A DNA stretch of 59,855 bases, counting the filler, from Sphacelaria rigidula (taxonomy: Eukaryota), in assembly GCA_964200075.2 (NCBI GenBank). It is 5 parts of 5 records of this genome, joined end to end, with 100 filler letters (N's around TTAATTAATTAA, not from the genome) between each part and the next. Parts side by side here need not be neighbours in the genome. Positions count along the whole stretch, not along the records: positions 47,966 to 59,855 come from CAXNAA020004369.1; 4 more parts are not named here. One strand, given 5' to 3'. The notes under the pieces were generated by a model. The model searched no databases, was not told where the DNA came from, and was given only the letters and a program-made list of their open reading frames with translations. This document shows positions 50,391 to 59,855 of this stretch, piece after piece (the stretch's first letter is position 1; every line of letters begins with the position of its first letter). A program made the position numbers and the translations under genes.

Positions 50391-52582
50391 TCACGCATGG
50401 CGGGAAAATGCAGCCGAAACTGCCTGCTCTATCTTCAGACCTTCATCTTTCACATGAAATACCACTGAAGAACCATCCAGAGCAGCGTCTTCTGCCCGAG
50501 GGTATATACGAACCATCGACGGCGTCCTGCAAATCCGCTTCTTCAATTTTTCATCACAACTATCGCTGGAGTTACTGCCAATCCTGCTGCTACCACCTTC
50601 ATCAGAGTAGGTGGCCACGTCATACCTTCTTCGTGAGCTCTGCCTGGGAAGCTGAAGGGGAGCAGACTCTTCCGCTTTCACCTTTGAGTGCGGCCTTGTC
50701 TTCAGAGGTCCTTCTTCGGCACCCTCGGCGGGCTGCGACGGCGTGGTATCAACGAGATCGGAACTTACGAGCAAAACAGGGCCGAACTGGACATCACCCG
50801 CACCACCCTTGTGACTTGTGGGACGATTGGATGGTCCGTTCTGGATGAAATTTACATCGAAGATATCTCCATGTTCCCCTCGCCTTGTTGCTTGAGATAC
50901 CGAATTTTGGCATACGTTACCCTGTTCGACGTCATCAACGCTGTACACACGCCGATCCGACCAGCCCTCGCTGCCGCACTTTTTGTTCACTACATTGGCC
51001 ATTGCCACCCTCGCGTGGTTGACACAGAACTCCGCCTTCCGGCTTCCCGCTGCACCGTACGACGGGAGTGTGGAGCAGCCGTCGTCGCCACACTTCTTAT
51101 TCCTAACATCGACCATTCCCGGACCTGCGTGGTCGGCACAGGACTCTGCCGTCCGGCTTCCCGCTGCACCGTGCGATGGTTTCTTAGAGCAGCCCTCGTT
51201 GTCGCACTTCTCGCTCCTCACATCGACCATCCCCGCCATCGCGTGGTCGGCAAAGACCTCCGCGTTCCGACTTCCCGCTGCACCGTACGATGGCTGTCTG
51301 GAGCAGCCCTCGTTGCCGCACTTTTTGCTCCTAACATCGACCATCCCCACCCTCGCGTGGTCGGCGCAGACCTCCGCCTTCCGACTTCCCGCTACACCGT
51401 ACGATGGCTGTCTGGAGCAGCCCTCGTTGCCGCACTTCTTTACAACTACACTCATCATCCCCGCCCTCGCGTGCTTGGCACAGAACTCCGCCTTCCGACT
51501 TCCCGCTGCACCGTACGATGGTTGTTTGAAGCAGCCCTTGTTGCCGCACTTCTTCCTCACTACATTGACCATCCCCACCCTCGCGTGCTCGGCACAGAAC
51601 TCCGCCTTCCGACTTCCCGCTACACCGTACGATGGTTGTTTGGAGCATGCCTCGTTGCCACACTTATTCCTCACGACATCGACCATCCCCGCCCTCGCGT
51701 GCTCGGCACAGACCTCCGCCTTCCGACTCCCCGCTGCACCGTACGATGGTTTCTTAGAGCAGCCCTCGTTGTCGCACTTCTTGCTCACGACATTGACCAT
51801 CCCCACCCTCGCGTGCTCGGCACAGAACTCCCTCTTCCGACTTCCCGCTACACCGTACGGTGGTTGTTTTGAGCAGCCCTCGTTGCCACACTTCTTGTTC
51901 TTAACATCGACCATTCCCGGATCTGCGTGGTTGGCACAGAACTGCGCTTTCCGGCCTCTCGCTGCACCGTACGATGCTTGTTTGGAGCATGCGTCGTTGC
52001 CGCACTTCGTGCTCGATACATCAACCATCCCCGCCCTCGTGTGCTCGGCACAGAACTCCGCCTTCCGACTTCCCGCTACACCGTACGATGATTGTTTGAA
52101 GCAGCCCTCGTTGTCGCACTCCTTGCTCACTACATTGACCATCCCCACCCTCGCGTGGTTGGGACAGACCTTTGCCTTCAGGCTTCCCGCTACACCGTAC
52201 GATGCTTGTTTGGAGCAGCCCTCGTTGCCACACTTCTTGCTCACGACATCGATCATCCCCGCCCTCGCGTGGGCGGCACAGAACTCCGCCTTCCGACTTC
52301 CCGCTACACCGTACGGTGGTTGTCTGGAGTAGCCCCCGTTGCCGCACTTCTTGCTCACAAAATCGACCATTCCCACCCTCGCGTGATCGGCACAGAACTC
52401 CCTCTTCCGACTTCCCGCTACACCGTACGATGGCTGTCTGGAGCAGCCCCCGTTGCCGCACTTCTTGCCGATACATTAACCATCCCAACCCTGTTCGCCG
52501 GCACCGCCAAGACGTTGACGCCCGTCATGCCACCTGGTGACCCCTTCAAGTAACCCTCCTGGGCGCACTGCAAAGTTAGCAT
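50391..52582 (-). CDS. EsV-1-7 cysteine-rich repeat protein (intronless; apparent 1-nt frameshift near 52470)
   Basis: Open frame 52475-50391 with 13 tandem 38-aa/114-bp units of consensus KKCGNEGCSKQPSYGVAGSRKAEFCAEHARVGMVDVVS (C-x4-C-x16-C-x2-H), one degenerate unit and a ~165-aa low-complexity tail. An upstream out-of-frame segment from ATG 52582 encodes another degenerate unit. First in-frame ATG is 52370. Confidence 0.9.
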
Positions 52583-53159
52583 CGCCCCCACGTCGGCAAC
52601 ACAAGGGGCTCTAGCGCACACACAGTCCCACTGTCAAATGGCCGAACAAGATGGGAAGATAGTCCCTCTTGATGCTACCTGAGAATATTCAACGGGTTCG
52701 AAAACCGGATCAAAGATTGTCAAGTGTTTGTCAAAAGCGGCACATATTATTTCGAGGGGAAGATGACAAGTATGGGCTGCCCATACCTTGGGTACCTTTT
52801 TGCCCTGTCAGACGTTCCGTTCTCAAAACATAACGTGCTGCCGACTCCTCTGGTGGAGAGTTTTGCAAAACCTTACATATTTCCTCCACTGCATTCTCCA
52901 ATGGATTGCGCGACCCATACAAGAAATCAACATGAACACGTCACACATCAGGTCTAAAAAACAGCAGTAGGGATGGTATCGGTGGACGAAACCACCACCA
53001 GATGTATGTTCTTTCACAACTGGAAGTTGGAAGATCTCGAGCCTTCACAGGAAATTCGCAGCCCATCCTCCGTTGTCGTCAGTTGTGTCACGCAGAAAGC
53101 TCGACAAAATTGTAATGTTTGTATGCCATGCATGTCTACCTGAATTTTTTTTCACTCTA

Positions 53160-53515
53160 CCGGTCGCCCAGGTGGCTCAGTTGGTTACCTCGTAACCTTC
53201 TGATGGTTGAGTAGGGGAGTTCGATTCCCGGAGCGATCTGGAATGTTTTCTCACACCATGCCGAACAGTGGAGAGCGACTATGTCGTGGGTCGACAAAAT
53301 TCGACTCAACGGTCGACGAGGGAAAAGGACTGCTGAACGCCTCCCGCAATAAACAAAATAGGTAAGCACCGCAGAAGGAAGGTGGGGTATTAAAAACAAC
53401 TAAAAAAAAAAAGCTTCTGTGTTGACCCTCCTGTGTGACCCCGGCTGATGCGCCCACATGTACCGAAAGGTGTAGACTGGTGCCCAGAATAAAAGGGACG
53501 ATAACACATACACAC
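53160..53515 (+). mobile_element. tRNA-derived SINE, full length
   Basis: A-box TGGCTCAGTTGG, B-box GTTCGATTCC, body and tail collinear with 14551-14915. Confidence 0.88.
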
Positions 53516-53809
53516 TCAACTTCAGCCACTTGGGCGTATGAAGAGATATGATTTATGGTATGATTTAGAGGATAACGTCCTCATTATAAGTACCTTCGTG
53601 CAAATTTCTACATCAGCACGTGCTGCTGCTGTGTTGTGCTAATTGACACAGCCGGTCGAGGACTCTGGGCCTCAAAAGGCAGGCAGGTTTCTGGGCGACT
53701 GATGGCTACAAACCTTCAGTTTCTGCAACACCGCTTGACATGCATGCGAGAAACGAGTATGGGAAAAAAATCGAACAAGCACGTGAAAGTACGGTAAGGA
53801 GAAGGGGGG

Positions 53810-56800
53810 TGAACAACCGAAGCTGATCTTTCCATGAACGGGTTGGGAAACCTACTCAAAAACGTACAGAACCCTTCTATATTCTCGGTCAATACCGACC
53901 CATCTTCCAAACGATAGCTCAAAAAGACGACATCCTGAAGGAGAAGCAAATGAAACGACTGGTTATGAGGACAAGAGCAACAAATACTGGCATTTCGGTC
54001 TGTTTATGGGAGAAGTTGAACTCGGTGCCTTCCCGAATGCTGGACCTACTCAGGACACTTAGATTCAACGCAACTATATAATTCGAAGTGTAGGATAATA
54101 AAACCACTCAAGTTGAATAGTTAAGGGGGTAGTGCGTATCGGTGTCTGACGGCTACGAACTGTCCACTCCGTAGGGAAGTCGCAGAGTCACGGTATGGCT
54201 TGAGCGGTGAAGCCCATGCTTGGAGACTCTAATTTCGTTCGGGTTGGAAGTTGGAGTTCATGAACAGCTCAGGTCCTGCCTCAACGCCTGTATGTGACAA
54301 TCCCGATGAACGCCGGTAAACAGCTCGTAACGAGTGCATGCTGACATCATCTATGCTCAATAAGTACACGATCCTCCAGGAAGCCATCATGGAACGCCCC
54401 ATTTACTTCACGTTCCTCCGTAGTATGCCTCGAGACTTGATGCCGATTTTGCGAATAAATAACGTTTCAAAGGTGCAGGGAGATACACCATATGTACCGC
54501 ACCCCGTGTGTGTCATGATAAATCACACAAAAAGCTATGCGATTGGCACACACGACTGTATATGGTATTGGTAAAGTTGGATCATATGGTATGGACTGGA
54601 ACCGACCGGAACCGAGGAGCTGGAGCAAAAAAACATGAGTCAGGAGTACACTAAGATGCGGTAAGGTTTGCACCAGCACATTGGACGTATGAGCCTTCGA
54701 AAAATGGAGCTTTCGGCACACGAGAAGATCAACACATGTTAACACCTTCAAATCATATCATCTCAGCGCACAGGGCGTGTGAACATTACTCTTGGATCAA
54801 ATCAAACCCAACCCAAACACGAGAGCGGGAGTGATGGTTGGGAAGCATCTCCTTCAGCAGATCGGCAGACTTTGGTTCCTGTCACCTCAGTGTTTTGTTT
54901 GTGGTTACTTTGTACATGTGGCATTTATTCATTCATTCCCGGTACCGCATGTGGGCTTTCTGTGCTGTTTGTTCGGCGCACACTCAGTGACCTCCGAGCA
55001 GTCGCGAGGCGTGGTCCCAAGATAGACGCACTCGAGGTAAACACAACGCCATCACTCCCAATTGATGAAAACTCGAGCGACGGGAATTATTGATAAAAAA
55101 AGTTGATGAAAATAGGGCACACACAATCGGTTGAAGACACAAGTGCTACAAACCTACAACAATCACATCGACCACGCTTGCGCTTACTCTTGTTCGACGC
55201 GACTGACACTGACTGAAATCCCTTCCGCTGATTTGCTCCCATGCCGATAACGCAGTGTTACATGTCTCTGGTTGCCAGCCATGACATCAAAACTTCGGTG
55301 CAACCAGCTAGCTCTTCTGATGCCATAATGCAATAGCGCTTCTTCACATACAGCACCCTTGCAACCTCCCCTCCTCATGCCATGTCCTCCCAACTTGCCC
55401 TCGGAAGGAACAACACCGTGACGAGGAGCCACACCCTAGACGGGTTGGTGAGGTTTTCGATACATGTCGATACTTTGCATCGTAGACAGCACCCCTTACG
55501 GTCTTGATGTGTGCTCAAGTTGGAAGCATCGAGACCGTGACGTACGTTGGGGTTCGTGTTGGCATGTGCTCGACACAAGGTTGTCCCCTAAGCGAAATGT
55601 TTGGACGTATCCTTCCCCCGCCGGCGCCAGATACGTCGACGGATCAGTATAACAAGGCAATAGAAAACGTGAAAAATACTGATGAGAATCATATGTCGGG
55701 CACAAACCATACGAAGGGTATTATTATATTATCCTATGTTGTCTACACCACGGGCCGTCGAAATAGTGTATGAACAGCACATTATGAGGATATATCAGGA
55801 AAAATACGTTGAAGGTGTGTCGATAGGTTCCACCAAACACACGCTTTGAATTTCTCGTCGGCACATGTAGCACCTATTGGCCCACCCGCCATATTCCACG
55901 CCCAATATGCATACATACTGCACTCATCTACGTCCAACCTCTAAGGCATTCACTTACATACAACGTCTTGCGCCGGTAAGATATTGCCCCTTCCTGCGTG
56001 AAATATTGTACGCGGTCAATACATGTTACGCTTGTCTAGCCTGTAACGTTTTGCTCTGATGATGTGTATTGGTGCACCTCCCGAAGGAACGTGCTGTGCG
56101 AATAACATACCTCCAAGTCATTCGTGGCAGGCGATATATACGACCAACTCACATTACATTCTCAAGTCGGTCCACACGTTGTTTTGCTTCATACATCCCG
56201 ACTCGCCTTTGCGCCACGATATCGTTCAGTCAATATATGTTGTACTGTTATGGATCGCGGCGTAGTGGTGTTAGGGCAGTACGATGATGGGCCAGTCACC
56301 ACGACAAATAGTGCCCGGAGGGCTGACTGCGAGAACTGGCAAGTACCGCAGTCAGGGGTGAGGATGGTTGGCTCCGTTCACGACGGTAACAGAAACATGC
56401 CTCTTCGCGGCCAGTTGAAATCAGTTCCTTTTAGGAAACAAACCCCAACTGGCCGTACCCTGGTTTTCACTTGAAAAAGTGCTATTTCAACGCCCTTATG
56501 ATCCAAAGAGAAGATGAATCGCCTCTAGAGCTGTGCTCGACACGCCCTGACATTCAGAATGAGCGTTTCTGCGTACAAGTGATCATTCCTTTTGCTGTCA
56601 TCTGGGTACTGCTTGCTGTCAGCATTCTGCTGTTTGCTGTTCGATAACGGTGAGCTCGTATACGCAATGATTACATGAATAAATACATCGCGTGTTCGCT
56701 TGAAGTCGCTGCATTTAGGTTCATGCCTTGTCGCTAAAAATTCTGCGTCAACATCGTTTGTACAACAATCATGGCTGAACATCGCAATTGAGATAAGAGT

Positions 56801-57600
56801 AAAAACGAACCACTACATGGACATGTATGAGGCCTAACCAACTGTCCGCAACAGTATACCGCAGGTCGTCGATATACTGTAGGGACAAAATAATATGAAG
56901 ATTTCGGCGGCTTTCGCCGCCACGCTCAAAGTATTGACAGCCAAGGTACGTGAGAACCGGCGATGGGTCATGGCGAGTGGCATAGTTTGAAGAAAAGGTT
57001 GCAACTGATCACCGGCTGAGCATGTGGTTGATGACATAGCACAACTCGGTTCAGATCCAATGGAAACCGATGGTTGGTGTAAGACACGCGCACAACACAC
57101 GCACACAGAGGATCAGCCCCAGTTGAGAGGAGGCCAATTCAAACTCAAAAAATAAGTGAATAGCGCTGCAGTTGGTCACTCATGATGCAAAAAACGCGAA
57201 TGTGCCGTAAACATAGTAGCACCAGCTGCAGCAGTACAGAGACGGAAACAAAAAAGTGCAGTCGGGACACGCATGCAGGTTCAAAGCACGTCCGAGGTGT
57301 GCACGCCCTACCCCAAGAGGAAGATTATGTTCAGTGGAGAGCGGTGATACGATTCTATGCCATACCTTCTGATGGTCAAACGGGTATGACCACGACTTAA
57401 TTTGCAGATAAACCCATTGCCGATTCCGCCAATGACAAGTGATAGAGATGGATGACGGTACCCCTGACGGTCGAAGGGTCTGCTGACACATGAACACAGG
57501 AATTTCAACGGAACGCATAGCAACGCCATAACGCCTGAAAGCCATGCAGAACACAGCGCGGAAAGCGAACATACTCCAACCCCAAGCAGAAGCAGAATGC
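53810..57600 (-). pseudogene. Possible highly decayed, fragmented CxC/KDZ-type transposase gene
   Basis: Scattered minus-strand blocks in a plausible order: RRYGVAMRSVEIPVFMC, GFHWI.TELCYVINHML..VATFSSNY, FIFSLD...LFQ...PVGVCFLKGT, SLRSGQF...RYALP, DVVFLSYRLEDGS..EGFCTFLSRFPNP. Weak, by-eye similarity. Confidence 0.3.
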
Positions 57601-58667
57601 ACCCTCATGTCCAGCGAAATGCGAGCGGAGAGGTATCAGCGGAAACATGTACTTTAGAAGTAAGTCAAGACGAAATTCTGGGTTCTCAGAGCTTAGACGA
57701 CGGAATTACCCCGGATAAGACGTACTCAAAAACCAGGGAAAGGTGAAATTCTCACTCTACAGGCGTGGCCAGCAAAATGATGCCTTACTGCAGAATGGGT
57801 AAATGACGAAAGCGACGATTGAAAGTACTCTACACGCGTTGGGTGCTTCAGAGCAAACGGGTAATGTACGATGTGTATATGATGGGAACACTTGTTCAAA
57901 AGTGAACCGATATTACACGTTCTGTTCTGTCGTTAGGCCTTCAATTTGCCAGAACACGTGATTGATCGCTTGGTCATACATCGCCTTTCCGGTCAAAGTG
58001 GATGACACGGGAAAGGTTCATATTATTCGCCATGTACACACGAAAACCGTCATAAATCGCGAAACCGGTCGTATCAGTATCGTGTGTAGTCACATGCCGT
58101 TTCGGAATCGAGACTAGTGCCATGGGAACACTGTTGGATAACGACACCCATCATGTATATGCCGTTAGTTATATTGATTTTTTTCACACGGCACTTCGGA
58201 GGTTTGCATGATGTCTCATGCAAAGAGCAAAACTGTCGTGTCATGCATAGTCACATCACCATGACACGAACGGCAAGTATTTTTAGGTCACCTTTAAAAG
58301 TCACGGAAATATCACGAGTTTACAATTTCGACAATTAAGGTTGATATATCATCATGAAAATACAGTCAAGTAGATATGACTTTCGTTTTGTTCGTGCTTA
58401 TGCATGCTTCATCTCTCACAATACTATGCCATGGGAACGACGAAAGTGGTATCACGGATCACGGTGTTCGGAGACCCTGCTAAGCGAAGAGACAAGACGT
58501 GTAAGTCGTAAGTGTGACCTCTACTTTCGAAACAGACAAATATCGCATCAAGGAATGCTCTGGATTTCCACAGTAATATTCTCTGTGATATTTGTCGTTC
58601 CAGCAACAAACGTTTCCGGGGCCCTTCACGAGAAAATGGGGCAACAGAAAATACCGTGGCATGAAAT

Positions 58668-58880
58668 ACGACGGGGCGGGTCGGAAACGGCGCCCCTGGA
58701 AGCACGACGGGACGGGACAGAAAGGGACGGGGAAATCCCGTCCCGTCCCTCACCGTATTTTGTCCCGTCCCGTCCTCACAGGGAAGAGTAAATGGCCTCC
58801 GAGATTCCCGTCGCGGTCGGTCTCATCATCATGGGAAAATGAAGATCGTCTCGTGAGAGTCCCGTCCGGCTTCATCCCGT
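58668..58880. repeat. GACGG/CCGTC inverted microsatellite-like repeat (MITE-like)
   Basis: GACGGGACGGGAC runs facing CCCGTCCCGTCCC runs. Confidence 0.6.
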
Positions 58881-59224
58881 TATCAAGGAAAGTGTTGGCA
58901 AAACACGCCGACAAGATTGAGTAGAGGCCAACGGTTTGTGCAATCGAAGCCTTCACGCATCAGCAGACAAAATATTGCAGATCTCGACGTTTTCGTACGG
59001 TACATTGTATCACGTTGGGCACACGTTCGACACTACCTTAAGCTATCTTCAACTTCCCGCTTAATTGGACGGATTCCCGGTTTCATTGTCGGGACATCCC
59101 GTCGGAACGTACAGGGGTGTCTTTTCTTCTCGTCTCTCCATCGCATTAGCTAGGTCATTCAGAGCCGAAGTCGAAAGATGGAACGTTCCGGGGCAACCAG
59201 GCAAAGAACCATAATTCTTCCTCT

Positions 59225-59390
59225 TGTGGGGGGGTGGAGGCGTACTCATTTACTGCTTTCCTTAGTCGTGTGACCATTGACCACGCATCCATCTCGAGAC
59301 GAAGCACCGTTCCTACGCCTAACAAAGACACCTCCAGCATTCCGGCGCTCGGTATGTTTCTTCCATACATCGCACAACCTCTGATGGGGG
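59225..59390 (-). mobile_element. LINE ORF2 C-terminal fragment
   Basis: Minus strand encodes RLCDVWKKHTERRNAGGVFVRRRNGASSRDGCVVNGHTTKESSK*, followed by GTACGC-poly(C). Confidence 0.75.
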
Positions 59391-59855
59391 AGGGTATCTC
59401 ACTGCAGTAGCGAGCTGCAGGCGGGAGTATCTCCTCTCTAAAATAAATTCACCATCAACAGATGAGCTCGGACGGGAAAACTCTGGGCAGCTGTCTCCCC
59501 TCTGCAAAAATACACCGTCAACAGATAACCTTGGACGGGAAAACTCCAAGCAGCACCACACCAGCAACCAACGATGGAATCACGGGGAGAAAGCAGTAAG
59601 ATACATACTTCGAAGTATCTACAAAAACATGAAACGATATTGATAGGCACAGCTGCTACTAAGGACACAGAACACAAAAGAGAGAAGCAAGAAACAGGGG
59701 CCGAGAAACGATTTGCCGACGACTCACGAGAGAGCAAAGCCAGAGCAAGCTGAGTGATGGGGAAAAGAAGATACACAGAGGAGGGGGGGGGGGGGGGAGG
59801 GTTCCGGCGTTGGTTGCCTGAGTGCTGTGACCCGTGCCCAGGGCATCCTTTGGGG

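Noticed and set aside
50688..52553. Long plus-strand ORFs (394, 449 and 153 aa) and alternative minus-frame ORFs
   Set aside because: Shadows of the stop-poor 114-bp EsV-1-7 repeat.
50391..52582. Endogenous phaeovirus provirus
   Set aside because: No other viral genes or dense intronless gene packing nearby; EsV-1-7 genes are a known host-expanded family.
53162..53240. Functional tRNA genes (also 14555-14630, 11385-11460, 24090-24163)
   Set aside because: A and B boxes are present, but the stems are broken and each is fused to the same SINE body.
53418..53512. Hammerhead or HDV-like ribozyme in the SINE tail
   Set aside because: The core reads CTGATGC or CTGGCGC rather than CTGATGA, GAAA sits in a tetraloop, and no conserved P1 partner for an HDV fold was found across copies. 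An Infernal search would settle it.

Overview
Eukaryotic, intron-rich, roughly 50% GC DNA that looks brown-algal (Phaeophyceae); this is inferred from the EsV-1-7 repeat protein and the repeat landscape. The window is not one locus. It is five scaffolds of near-identical, decreasing size (11892, 11892, 11891, 11890, 11890 bp) joined by artificial 100-bp spacers (44N-TTAATTAATTAA-44N), so nothing should be linked across a spacer. Three host genes are supportable. (1) The last four exons of an isochorismatase-domain protein (+, 20864-23382). (2) Four internal exons of an ABCB10/MDL1-like half ABC transporter (-, 42208-46501), including a GC-AG intron. (3) An intronless EsV-1-7 cysteine-repeat protein (-, 50391-52582) with 13 tandem 38-aa C-x4-C-x16-C-x2-H units, a 5' frameshift, and a tail with SUMO-consensus and NLS-like motifs. 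Much of the rest is transposon debris: LINE relics, a tRNA-derived SINE family, a DIRS tyrosine-recombinase relic, a Copia relic, hAT/piggyBac/Tc1-like non-autonomous elements and probable decayed KDZ-type transposases. Best leads: the EsV-1-7 array as a possible modular recognition protein, a ~290-nt hairpin with a 54-bp perfect duplex (miRNA-like), a TA-flanked TIR element carrying an apparent Ulp1-protease relic, and one SINE copy split by two separate DNA transposons. No database searches were run; family calls come from motif recognition by eye.
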